A stretch of DNA of 62,306 nucleotides, filler included, from Planctomycetota bacterium (GCA_026991575.1; 3 parts of 3 records of this genome joined end to end with filler, not necessarily neighbours in it); one strand, 5' to 3'. Counted from the whole stretch's first letter, positions 51,780-61,322 are shown. Numbers and translations are program-made. The notes: a model not told the origin generated them from the sequence alone.

Positions 51780-53171
51780 TTACGCGTCTTGCTTACGTCT
51801 GCGGCGGTGCCAGGCGATCCATACGAAAAGCCCGGCCATAGCGAGCAGTAGCAGGGCGGCGACCGCGAGGGGAACCGCGGCGTTGCCTTGAGCATTGCCT
51901 CGCGCGCGTGGGCCCACCCGTAGGATCCATGCCAACTGTGCCCGGGCACGCGCTACCGCCTGCTCACGCAACGCCGCCAGCTCCGCAGGATCACGCCGAA
52001 ACGGATACGTCACGTGCCGTGGCCGCCCCGTGAACGGATTCCGTATCCAGCGGAAGTCCACCACAATCGTGCGTTCCTCAGGCACCGCGTTCAAGAACAG
52101 CTCACGCAACTCCGCTTCATCCGGTGCACGCAACTCCGCTCTGCGAACGACCACGACTGCGTCGGAGACCTCGCCCCGATAAGCGTCCCGCGCATAGGTC
52201 CGGCGCCACCGGAACGGCAGCCACACCCCATCGCCAATTTCCCGATAGTCGCTGAACTCGTCCACCGCTAGCAGATGGTCTTCCACCAGGCAGTACCACT
52301 CCCTCCGGACGGGCTGGTATCCGTACTGAGGCGACAGCCACAGCTTCGTCTTCTCCGCTTCCACAACTACCAACCCGCTTTCAGGGTCAACGCTCACCTT
52401 CCGTGCGTGCCGCACCAGCACAGGCAAGCCCGCATCAAACACTCGCTGCCACAAGAATTGGCGCCCGTGTTCCTTCACCGCTTGATCTAGATCTTCAGCG
52501 TGCCGCTCAGAGTTGCTTAGCACAATCGCAGATGCTGCTGGCCCATAAGCCTGGGACTCCTCGCTGAGATGAGGCCCAACCGAGACCAGTTGCCCCTCCC
52601 GCCAGGCAAAGCACGCTCCCACTGCACACAGCACCGCGGACTTATGATACACGATCGATGCCTTTTTCACGCTGTCACGTCTGTTGTATATATTGAGGGC
52701 TGGCGTGGTGAACAGATGTTGTCGAAGTGTCCAGCGCGCAACGTCGGTCACCTCTGAAGGACTAGCAGGCTGGCACAGATAGTCGGCTGCTACGAGTTCC
52801 CATAGTGTGCCGTCTAGAACGAGCGTGCCATACAACCGCGCCCACAGTCGGTTGTCGCGCGCAGCAATCCTGCGAGGCAGCAGCGCTGTGCTATAGACCC
52901 TCAGCGGAAGGCTCAGAGCACCGCTCCGATCAGACGTGGTGTAACAGGCAAACAAGGACCAGGCAGGCAGGCGAGCAACAGCTGCAACGTCCATTCTTCC
53001 GAGAATCATCTCTTCCAGTAGCAGCCCCCTGGCCAACCGCTGCTGCTGAGCTTCGATTGCGGCAGCTACACGTTCGCGCAGGTCTCGCTCTGTTGGAGAA
53101 CCCGTCTCGGGGATCCCTGCGGCGCGGCAAGTGCTAACGACGAACAGCGCGACTCTTATGAAAGGTGCCAT
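51780..53171 (-). CDS. Cassette partner protein A1 (signal, variable N-domain, constant beta-rich C-domain, TM plus RRRRK)
   Basis: C-terminal region near-identical to 54053-55384 and 56200-57546. Confidence 0.85.
   Translation of the reverse strand: MAPFIRVALFVVSTCRAAGIPETGSPTERDLRERVAAAIEAQQQRLARGLLLEEMILGRMDVAAVARLPAWSLFACYTTSDRSGALSLPLRVYSTALLPRRIAARDNRLWARLYGTLVLDGTLWELVAADYLCQPASPSEVTDVARWTLRQHLFTTPALNIYNRRDSVKKASIVYHKSAVLCAVGACFAWREGQLVSVGPHLSEESQAYGPAASAIVLSNSERHAEDLDQAVKEHGRQFLWQRVFDAGLPVLVRHARKVSVDPESGLVVVEAEKTKLWLSPQYGYQPVRREWYCLVEDHLLAVDEFSDYREIGDGVWLPFRWRRTYARDAYRGEVSDAVVVVRRAELRAPDEAELRELFLNAVPEERTIVVDFRWIRNPFTGRPRHVTYPFRRDPAELAALREQAVARARAQLAWILRVGPRARGNAQGNAAVPLAVAALLLLAMAGLFVWIAWHRRRRKQDA
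51792..52441. repeat. Direct repeat, constant 3' block of partner genes (copy 1; others about 54065-54580 and 56212-56858)
   Basis: Near-identical nucleotide sequence in three copies. Confidence 0.92.
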
Positions 53172-53338
53172 CTCGCTCCGTTCCCTACGACAGAACCAAC
53201 CAACCACAGATAGCCGCGCTTAGCTCGGGCCCGCCTTCCTGGATGGAGACGCTGCGTAGCCAGCACAACGTCGCTTGGTCAGAATCTAGAGTCGAAGGCT
53301 ACGCAACGCACGGGCGGAGTTGCCTGCGCGCCGGTGCC

Positions 53339-53680
53339 TCACTGCGTACATGGAACCGGTACCTGATAGTACCCGCAGCCAGGTTTGGTGGGGTTGCAGA
53401 GGCGATTTTCAATCGATTCAGCGTAGACGTCGGCCCATGTGTGCCATCCATCGGGTTGGTAGTATGTGCCTACAGGCTCGGGACACGGGCCCGTGGCGCA
53501 GCCTTGACCATAGGAGTCGTACCACTGGCAGGCGGCGCCCTGCAAGGTTGCGGCGGTGGCGTCGGGCAGACGCGTCAGGGATGCGCTGGAAGCCCACAAC
53601 ATCGTGGCACCGACGGCGACGAGCACGACGCCGCTCATCAGCCACGCCCAGTTCGCTCTGGCGATCACGCGTCGCGACAT
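53339..53680 (-). CDS. Cys-rich precursor peptide P1 (113 aa; 49-aa leader ending LQGA, 64-aa 6-Cys core)
   Basis: GGAGGT 6 nt before ATG 53680; paralog at 55470-55811 with all six Cys aligned. Confidence 0.85.
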   Translation of the reverse strand: MSRRVIARANWAWLMSGVVLVAVGATMLWASSASLTRLPDATAATLQGAACQWYDSYGQGCATGPCPEPVGTYYQPDGWHTWADVYAESIENRLCNPTKPGCGYYQVPVPCTQ

Positions 53681-53850
53681 GACCAAACCTCCATCCATCT
53701 GGCGACAACCCTTGGGCTTGCGAAGGCGCCGCTTCCGACACCAATCGCCTCGGACCCCAGCTCCTTCACAAGCCCGACACCCTGAACCACGCTCCCGAGA
53801 CTATCGCGCATGCCATTATCCTCCTCCTCCTCCTTGTCAAGCCCCCGTTC
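53520..53850. repeat. Direct repeat, promoter + 5'UTR + peptide leader block (copy 1; copy 2 about 55651-55996)
   Basis: Near-identical sequence at offset 2131, differing mainly in (TCC)5 versus (TCC)10. Confidence 0.92.
53815..53840 (-). promoter_or_regulatory. Promoter-like TTGACA-AG(GAG)4-GATAAT upstream of P1 (14-nt spacer)
   Basis: Perfect -35, 5/6 match to the -10, spacer made of a trinucleotide repeat. Confidence 0.55.
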
Positions 53851-54052
53851 TGCGGCCGGCTCCAATCTTGTATTCGCACGCCGGTGCGTTCGATTGGACC
53901 CAGCAGAGCGATTCCGTGCGGCTGTTCATCCGGGCATCCTCCGCTCGCGCCGAGGCACTGCCTCGGAGGCCGGGTCGATCGCATCCGTCCGCGGCCTGTT
54001 GATGACGGATGTCATTCCGCCCGCAGGTGGCCCAAGCCATCCGTCCAGAACA

Positions 54053-55384
54053 TCATGCTTTTTCCTTACGTCTGCGGCAGCGCCAGGCGATCCATACGAA
54101 CAAGCCAGCCACAGCAAGGAGCAAGACGGCGACGGCCACGGGGACCGCGGCATTGCCTCCAACGCGTGGAGCCACCCGTAGGATCCATGCCATCTGCGCT
54201 CGGGCACGCGCTACGGCCTGCTCACGCAATGCCGCCAGTTCCGTAGGATCACGGCGAAACGGATACATCACGTACCGTGGCCGCCCGGTGAACGGGTTGC
54301 GTAGCCAGCGAAAGTCCACCACGTACGTGCGTTCCTCAGGCACCGCGTTCAAGAACAGCTCACGCAACTCCGCTTCATCCGGTGCACGCAACTCCGCTCT
54401 GCGAACGACCACGACTGCATCGGAGACCTCGCCCCGATAAGCGTCCCGCGCATAGGTCCGGTGCCACCGGAACGGCAGCCACACTCCATCGCCAATTTCC
54501 CGATAGTCGCTGAACTCGTCCACCGCCAGCAGGTGATGTTCCAGCAGGCAGTACCACTCCCTGCGGACAGGCTGGTATCCATAGTCTGGCGCGAGCCATA
54601 CTTTGGTGTTACTGGCCTCGGCGATTACCAGTCCAGTTTCCAGATCGGTCCGAACGGTACTTGCCTCACGCACCAGGACCGGCAGGGCCACATCGAATAT
54701 GTGCCTCCGGAAGTACTCGCGACCCTTCTGCCAGATGGGCTCGGTATGTAGCTCGTTGGAGTAGAGAGCGATGGCGCTCATGCTAAAGCCAGGCCGGTCC
54801 TCGTTGCTCAAGTGTGGTCCCAACCATACCGGTTTCCCTTGCTCCCAGCCAAGACACACCCCAAGAGCACACAGCATGGAGAGGCAACTGTGAGAGATAG
54901 CAAGAACGCGCGGACGTTGCTCACGGGTGTCCTTCCAGATGTTAACGTTAGCTGGGGTAAGCCTCCGCTGTTCGGACAACCATGAGAAGAGATCGACATC
55001 GGGAGGTGGACCACTTTGGCTGCATTGATAGATGGCTCCAACAAGTCCCCATAGTTCTCCGTTAACCAACAGTCCGGCCCAGACGTCTGCCCGTAAATGA
55101 CTCCCGCGTCTGCTGACTAAGACTGAGACACATGCAACACTAGTGTGGGACGGTTTGTTTGCCCAGAGGACAACGGACCAGGGGGGGATATGGGCCCGGG
55201 CGCCCGCCAGCCACCCACCAACGACCCTCTCCTCCCATACCAAACCCTCACCCAGTCGGCGATGTAGCATCTCGAGCTCCGCCGCCACCCGGTCCCTCAG
55301 CTCCCCACCGTCAGTGCCCACCGCGGGCGACGCAGAGAACAACAGCGGAACGACCAGTTCCAACAAAGGGTGAAGCTTTGCCAT
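54053..55384 (-). CDS. Cassette partner protein A2
   Basis: Paralog of A1/A3; constant 'YGYQPVRREWYC...FSDYREIGDGVWLP...' C-terminus. Confidence 0.85.
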   Translation of the reverse strand: MAKLHPLLELVVPLLFSASPAVGTDGGELRDRVAAELEMLHRRLGEGLVWEERVVGGWLAGARAHIPPWSVVLWANKPSHTSVACVSVLVSRRGSHLRADVWAGLLVNGELWGLVGAIYQCSQSGPPPDVDLFSWLSEQRRLTPANVNIWKDTREQRPRVLAISHSCLSMLCALGVCLGWEQGKPVWLGPHLSNEDRPGFSMSAIALYSNELHTEPIWQKGREYFRRHIFDVALPVLVREASTVRTDLETGLVIAEASNTKVWLAPDYGYQPVRREWYCLLEHHLLAVDEFSDYREIGDGVWLPFRWHRTYARDAYRGEVSDAVVVVRRAELRAPDEAELRELFLNAVPEERTYVVDFRWLRNPFTGRPRYVMYPFRRDPTELAALREQAVARARAQMAWILRVAPRVGGNAAVPVAVAVLLLAVAGLFVWIAWRCRRRKEKA

Positions 55385-55469
55385 GCGCCCCTGACAGAAA
55401 GAGACCACCTACCGTCATCTGCACATCGGGCTAGGCTCGACGCGCTAGCCAGCTGGCGCCGAACGAGGC

Positions 55470-55811
55470 CTACTGAGTGCACGGTATCACGACCTGGAAG
55501 TACCCACAGCTCGGCGTCTCTGGGTAGCAGATGACGTTCTCGATCGATTCGCCGTAATAATCTGCCCACGTGTACCACTTATCGGGTTGTAGGTAGTAGC
55601 CGGACGGGCGGGTACACTGTCCCATAGTGCATCCCTGACCGTAGGCGTCATACCACTGGCAGGCGGCGCCCTGCAAGGTTGCGGCGGTGGCGTCGGGCAG
55701 ACGCGTCAGGGATGCGCTGGAAGCCCACAACATCGTGGCACCGACGGCGACGAGCACGATGCCGCTCATCAGCCACGCCCAGTTCGCTCTGGCGATCACG
55801 CGTCGCGACAT
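55470..55811 (-). CDS. Cys-rich precursor peptide P2 (113 aa)
   Basis: Leader differs from P1 at 1 of 49 aa, core at 22 of 64 aa. Confidence 0.85.
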   Translation of the reverse strand: MSRRVIARANWAWLMSGIVLVAVGATMLWASSASLTRLPDATAATLQGAACQWYDAYGQGCTMGQCTRPSGYYLQPDKWYTWADYYGESIENVICYPETPSCGYFQVVIPCTQ

Positions 55812-55945
55812 GACCAAACCTCCATCCATCTGGCGACAACCCTTGGGCTTGCGAAGTCGCCGCTTCTGACACCAACCGCCTCGGACCCCAGCTCCTTCAC
55901 AAGCCCAACACCCTGAACCACGCTCCCGAGACTATCGCGCATGCC

Positions 55946-55986
55946 GTTATCCTCCTCCTCCTCCTCCTCCTCCTCCTCCTTGTCAA
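55946..55986 (-). promoter_or_regulatory. Promoter-like TTGACA-AG(GAG)9-GATAAC upstream of P2 (29-nt spacer)
   Basis: Same element as 53815-53840 with the repeat expanded by five units. Confidence 0.5.
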
Positions 55987-56199
55987 GCCCCTGTTCTCCG
56001 TCGCGTCCAATTCTGTATTCGCGGGCCGGGAAGCCCGATTGCCCCCAGCGGAACCTAACCGGTCGGACCACTTGTCCCCGATCCACCGGCTGCGCCGATG
56101 CGCTCGCTGGGAGGCCGGATCGATTCCATCCGTCCGCGACCGGTTGCTGACGGACTGTCATTTCGCACCGCAGGTGGCGGAAGCGAGTCGTCCGGAACG

Positions 56200-57546
56200 T
56201 CATGCTTTCTCCTTACGTCTGCGGCGGTGCCAGGCGATCCATACGAACAGGCCAGCCACAGCAAGGAGCAGGACGCCGACGGCGAGGGGAACCGCGGCGT
56301 TGCCTTGAGCATTGCGTCGCGCGCGTGGGCCCACCCGTAGGATCCATGCCAACTGTGCCCGGGCACGCGCTACGGCCTGCTCACGCAATGCCGCCAGCTC
56401 CGCAGGATCACGTCGAAACGGATACATCACGTGCCGTGGCCGCCCCGTGAACGGATTGCGTATCCAGCGGAAGTCCACCACAATCGTGCGTTCCTCAGGC
56501 ACCGCGTTCAAGAACAGCTCACGCAACTCCGCTTCATCCGGTGCACGCAACTCCGCTCTGCGAACGACCACGACTGCATCGGAGACCTCGCCCCGATAAG
56601 CGTCCCGCGCATGGGTCCGGTGCCACCGGAACGGCAGCCACACTCCATCGCCAATTTCCCGATAGTCGCTGAACTCGTCCACCGCTAGCAGATGGTCTTC
56701 CACCAGGCAGTACCACTCCCTCCGGACGGGCTGGTATCCGTACTGAGGCGACAACCACAGCTTCGTCTTCTCCGCCTCGACAATCACTAGGCCGCTTTCA
56801 GGATCAACGCTTACCTTCCGTGCGTGGCGCACCAACACGGGCAAACCCGCATCAAACATCTGCTGCCGGAAAAACTCGCGATCGCGGTGCGAGAGAGCCT
56901 CGTAGTGGCGTTCGAACATGACGGTCAAGCCTGAAGCTCCTGGCCCATGGCCCGGCCAATCGTCGCCGAGGTCCGGACCAATCCAAACCAGTTCGCTGCC
57001 TTTCCGGCCAAAGCAGGCGGCCATCGCACACAGCAGCGCGGACGAGTGGTAGGCTGCGAGCTCCCGCTCGGGCTCTTCCCGGGTTGTGGTGACGCTGACG
57101 TTGCGGAGCTGAGATCTCCTCCACCTCAGCAGCCACTCCAACACTGCACCCGAGCTCGGGGGGGCATCGGCTCCCAGTGTGAAGAGGGCCTCCCCCAGTG
57201 ACCACGCCTCGCCGCCGACGACCAAGCTCGCGACGACGTCTGCCTGCAGCGTACCAGTTAGACCAAACACCCTCACGCGTACCGCAGCGACGCCCGTGTC
57301 GGACCACGCCACCACCGACCACGGAGGCAAGTTCGCCAGGTCTGCTACACGCCACGAGCCGAGCACACTCTCTTCAAGAAAGAGCTTCGCTCCCAGCCGC
57401 CGGTGCATGGTCTCAAGCAGCCCCGAAAGCCGTTCTCGGAGTTCGGCAGCGTTGGCTGAGCGAACGTCCTCCGACAGGGCGGGTTGGCAAATGACCAACC
57501 CAAGGAGGATCAGGAACACTGCTGCTCTAGCCGCCCTCCCTACCAT
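56200..57546 (-). CDS. Cassette partner protein A3
   Basis: GGAGG before ATG 57546; paralog of A1/A2. Confidence 0.85.
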   Translation of the reverse strand: MVGRAARAAVFLILLGLVICQPALSEDVRSANAAELRERLSGLLETMHRRLGAKLFLEESVLGSWRVADLANLPPWSVVAWSDTGVAAVRVRVFGLTGTLQADVVASLVVGGEAWSLGEALFTLGADAPPSSGAVLEWLLRWRRSQLRNVSVTTTREEPERELAAYHSSALLCAMAACFGRKGSELVWIGPDLGDDWPGHGPGASGLTVMFERHYEALSHRDREFFRQQMFDAGLPVLVRHARKVSVDPESGLVIVEAEKTKLWLSPQYGYQPVRREWYCLVEDHLLAVDEFSDYREIGDGVWLPFRWHRTHARDAYRGEVSDAVVVVRRAELRAPDEAELRELFLNAVPEERTIVVDFRWIRNPFTGRPRHVMYPFRRDPAELAALREQAVARARAQLAWILRVGPRARRNAQGNAAVPLAVGVLLLAVAGLFVWIAWHRRRRKEKA

Positions 57547-57599
57547 GCGCGCCTCCCCCAACCCATGTGCCACACGTGCGCTATGCTCGTAAACAACCC

Positions 57600-58125
57600 G
57601 CAACCGCCCCAATGGCTGCTTCTTGGGTCACGGCTTCACCACATGCGGATTCGCTCGCACCCGACGAATGTCCAGCCGCCGCAGGTAACGCCACATCGTC
57701 GCTACCGCCAACCGAACCCCCAAACGATCCGCCACCAGCCGATACAGACCGCTTCACCGTCCAGTAGTTCCAGTCATCACCAAACGCCTTCGGCCCACGC
57801 TTCGCTGCCTCCTGCAGCAGCCCGGCCAACTCTGTCGTCAAGCGCTTCGGCCTGTCCCGACCACGGCGCCCGCCCCGTAATGCGCCCGGATTTCTCTTGG
57901 AGAAAACGCTGCGTCGCCAGCCGGACAAACCGGTCGCTACGCCTCAGCCGCCGCGCCGCTTCCCGGCAACACAGCCCGCCCATACAATGCAGCACCGCAC
58001 GGATTCGCAGCCGCAGCGTAGCGTCCGTGCTGTATCGGCCCAACCGCTTCAGCCGGTCCTGCTCACCAGGCGAAAGCGGACTCCAACACCGTTGTAGCCT
58101 TCTCTGCCGCGTTCTTCGATCCATG
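57600..58125 (-). pseudogene. IS630-family transposase N-terminal (HTH) remnant, frameshifted
   Basis: 'LRIRAVL...G....EAARRL', 'GR.RPKRLT', 'GPKAFG....YWTV', 'ATMWRYLRRL' across frames; no DDE domain. Confidence 0.7.
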
Positions 58126-58598
58126 GCGGTTCCTCCTCGCGATCCTGTCGCAAGAACTCGTCCGCGACAGCGACCGGGGAGGAACCTATTCTCCGCGCCC
58201 AACAAGCGCGCGTACAGTCGCTGACGACCCGTTTAGCGGCTTCAGCGCACTCCGTGCCACCTCGTCCATGCCAATCCAGGAATAATCCAATGCACTAATC
58301 GGATAGGAGAAGTTCTCGTTTGGCAAGTCTGCCGTCCGGCACCAGCCTATCTCACACGGGACCCAAAAGCCTACGAGCGAACGTGCCTTGTTCAGGGTTG
58401 GTCGTGCCTGTCTTACCTAGTTACCCGGCCGCTCTATATCATCAGGGGACCAAATACTGTGGTACGCTGGCCGTCGCTTGCGAGTTTTGGCATCGTCCTT
58501 GTACACCCTTGCCATGGGCGCTGTTCCGTATGCGTCCTAGCGTTTGTCGAGAAGGGAAGGTGCCATCAGGAAATTGTTGCTTGATCTCCCGCAACAGA

Positions 58599-61322
58599 TC
58601 AACTGCCCCCGGGGTTCCGTGCCTCGGCTATCCAGTGAGGGCCGCAGCGTAGCAATCGCCAGATACGCACGTCTGGCGGGCGAGTTGATAGCGAGAAGCG
58701 GATCAAGCGGCCTGCGTCGGTGACCGCGGTGACGGTATCTCGGTCGGGCGCAGCGGCCACCGCACACACCGCACCTGATTCCGATGCCAGTGCGGCTACG
58801 CACCGGTTGGTTCCGATGTCCCACAGTGCCAAGTGCCCCTGCGCGTCGCCGACAACGAGTGTGCCGCCCGGCGCGAAGGTGGCTGCAGTGGGCGTTCCAA
58901 GGGCGAAGGAAAACATGTGGCGCTGTTTGTTAGACACGTCTTGAATCCACAGGACGCCGTTGTCACACGCGACGACAACGGTGTCAGTGGACAGAAAGCT
59001 CACCCCACGAACAGTGCCCGTGGCTGACCGATACACGTAGCTGCTGAGTTTTCTGGCCTGCTTTACGTGCCAGAAAGATAGCTGCCGCGAGCATGCGATA
59101 CAGATGGTTGACCCGTCGGTCGATAATGCAACTCCCCGAACGCCATCAGATGGCCTGGCGGCTCGGAACTCGCGAAACACGCGAAGGGACGGCATTTGCC
59201 ATATGATAGCATACCCGTCCTGGAAGATGGCGGCTGCGCAGCGACCGTAGGGGTCGAAGGTGATGTCGCGCGCGCAAACCTCCCGCGGGGGCCGCTGCAC
59301 GACGCCGCCGTTGAGGGACCATGAGGCGACCGTTCCGTCGCTCGCTCCCGCAACAACGCACCCCCCGTCGCGACTCACGGCAGCCGCCGTAGGCGGGTCG
59401 CCCAAGTAGCCTACTTGCTTGATCTCGCGGGTGAGCCTGGAGTAGCGATAGACACGACCGCTTTGGGTGACCAGAGTGATACCCGTTGGGCCTCCTCCGA
59501 CGGCGATGACGGCCTCGGACACGACTTGCGCCTTCCAACGCCGCCTCAGTGTCTGCGCATCCCAAACCTCAATGCGGCCATTAGTGAAGCCTACAACCAG
59601 GGACGATCCGTCGTCGGTAGTGCTCAGGCATCGTGGCCCGCCTGCCTCGGGCTCAGTTAGCATGCAGGCGGTCCGCTGCGTGGCTTCGCACACCAGCAGC
59701 GCGCCGCATTTGGTCAGCACGAAGTACCGTGACAGTGACTGACCGCAGATGTCTACAAAATCCCAAGATGCGGTGGGCAGGCGCGCGATTTCCTTCCTGG
59801 ACGAGGTATCCCACACGCTGATTGTGGTACCGGGGCCCAGTGCGGCAAGTTTGTCACCATCTGCACTGAGGACGGCGGAATGTGTTTTGTGGCCCGATCG
59901 TCGCTGCCACCATACGTCCCCGCGCGAGACATCCCAGACGCCGAAGTCCCCGTTCCACGTGGTATATGCGACACGGAGCCCTTCCGCATCCGTGGCAACA
60001 CTGGAGACCGGTGCGTCTCCCAGTTGCTTATGCTTAACCTCTCCGCCATGGCCTGTTGTACGAATGGCGACCTGGCCATCAGCGTGGCCGGTAACTATGG
60101 TCCCAGACTTGGCGGCTACTGCCACTGCGGTCGCGGCCAGCGAGTCGGACCACCGCGTCGCTGAGCGGCGGGAAGGCGGGCCCTCCTGTGCGACCACGTC
60201 TCCCTCCAACGTCACCGCAGCTAGGCTCTGGTGGTGGGGGTTGATGGCAGCGGCAACGACGCTTTCTTCCAGGGTAGTGACTAGCGACACCTGGGGCTGC
60301 TCGATCCCACTAACGGCTAACAGCCCGCCGGAGGCCGTGGCGATCAGGGTCAGATCTGGTCTGGGCTGCGCCACGTCCACGAGCGGGTCGACTCGGATCA
60401 CAAATTCCGTGCCAGGGCGATCGTAAGGCCAATCAAACAATGTGGCCGAGCCATCCGCGCACCACCGCAACAATGTGCTGCCGCGCACAAAGTGGGCACC
60501 ACACACCGCTACAGAGGAGCGGAGTACACTGCCGCACACCTGAAGGGTCTCTGCGGAAAGGACGTGCACCTCGCCTGATATGTAGCCTATCGCGATTAAG
60601 CCTTCAGGGGAAGAACCAAGGGTCGTTACCGTCCCATGAGTAGGCACGCACTGCCGGGCGCGCGCGAGCCCGAGGTCCGGTGGCAACACGAACAACCTTC
60701 CGGTGGCGGTGGCGACAGCCACTTGCTTATCCGACACAAAGGCCACTGCCACGATTGCATCATGGCTGACGCGCTGCTCCACTGACGCATCGGAACGTCC
60801 CCACAGTGCGTGCAGCGTTACTGTCCCGTTGCAATCGCCAGCAAGTAGTTGGTCACCCGACGGGCTGGCCTTGAGAGCCGTGATTGGACACTGGTGGGCC
60901 GAGATGACACGCAGCACTGCTCTCTTCCGCGGGTCCCACACTTCGATCGTTCCTTCTGAGGTGGCGAGCGCCAGCAGCGCAGCGGCGCCACCGCCACACC
61001 AGGCCACCCGTCGAACGAACCCAGCACGCGGGCGCAGACGGGTGAAGGGACGCTCGCCCAGCATATCCCAGACGATCACCGATCCGTCGTGGACCGCCAG
61101 CGCTAGCAAGCGGCTGCCGTACGAAACGGACAGGTCGAGGATCGCTTTTCGGGACGGTAATGACCGCTGCGTCAGGGTCCCAGAGCTGGGTTCCAGTAGG
61201 AGGAGCACGCCACCGTAGCCGCCAGCAACTGTGACGCTCTGGTCTGGAGAAACCGCGCTGCACAGGATAGCGGTTGGTCCGTTGTGTAGCATCGAACTGC
61301 CGTGTCGTTGCGGGTCCGGCAT
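58599..61322 (-). CDS. WD40 repeat protein (multiple beta-propellers)
   Basis: Repeated 'DGSVIVWD', 'EGTIEVWD', 'NGRIEVWD', 'GHLALWD'. Confidence 0.85.
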   Translation of the reverse strand: MPDPQRHGSSMLHNGPTAILCSAVSPDQSVTVAGGYGGVLLLLEPSSGTLTQRSLPSRKAILDLSVSYGSRLLALAVHDGSVIVWDMLGERPFTRLRPRAGFVRRVAWCGGGAAALLALATSEGTIEVWDPRKRAVLRVISAHQCPITALKASPSGDQLLAGDCNGTVTLHALWGRSDASVEQRVSHDAIVAVAFVSDKQVAVATATGRLFVLPPDLGLARARQCVPTHGTVTTLGSSPEGLIAIGYISGEVHVLSAETLQVCGSVLRSSVAVCGAHFVRGSTLLRWCADGSATLFDWPYDRPGTEFVIRVDPLVDVAQPRPDLTLIATASGGLLAVSGIEQPQVSLVTTLEESVVAAAINPHHQSLAAVTLEGDVVAQEGPPSRRSATRWSDSLAATAVAVAAKSGTIVTGHADGQVAIRTTGHGGEVKHKQLGDAPVSSVATDAEGLRVAYTTWNGDFGVWDVSRGDVWWQRRSGHKTHSAVLSADGDKLAALGPGTTISVWDTSSRKEIARLPTASWDFVDICGQSLSRYFVLTKCGALLVCEATQRTACMLTEPEAGGPRCLSTTDDGSSLVVGFTNGRIEVWDAQTLRRRWKAQVVSEAVIAVGGGPTGITLVTQSGRVYRYSRLTREIKQVGYLGDPPTAAAVSRDGGCVVAGASDGTVASWSLNGGVVQRPPREVCARDITFDPYGRCAAAIFQDGYAIIWQMPSLRVFREFRAARPSDGVRGVALSTDGSTICIACSRQLSFWHVKQARKLSSYVYRSATGTVRGVSFLSTDTVVVACDNGVLWIQDVSNKQRHMFSFALGTPTAATFAPGGTLVVGDAQGHLALWDIGTNRCVAALASESGAVCAVAAAPDRDTVTAVTDAGRLIRFSLSTRPPDVRIWRLLRCGPHWIAEARNPGGS

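Noticed and set aside
53339..55811. Diversity-generating retroelement explaining peptide variation
   Set aside because: No reverse transcriptase in the window, both copies are full genes, and differences are not confined to adenines (e.g. TCC versus GCC)
55796..56203. Poly-Glu ORF (and 53665-53865)
   Set aside because: Translation of the (GAG)n promoter tract; the upstream parts of the two ORFs are not conserved
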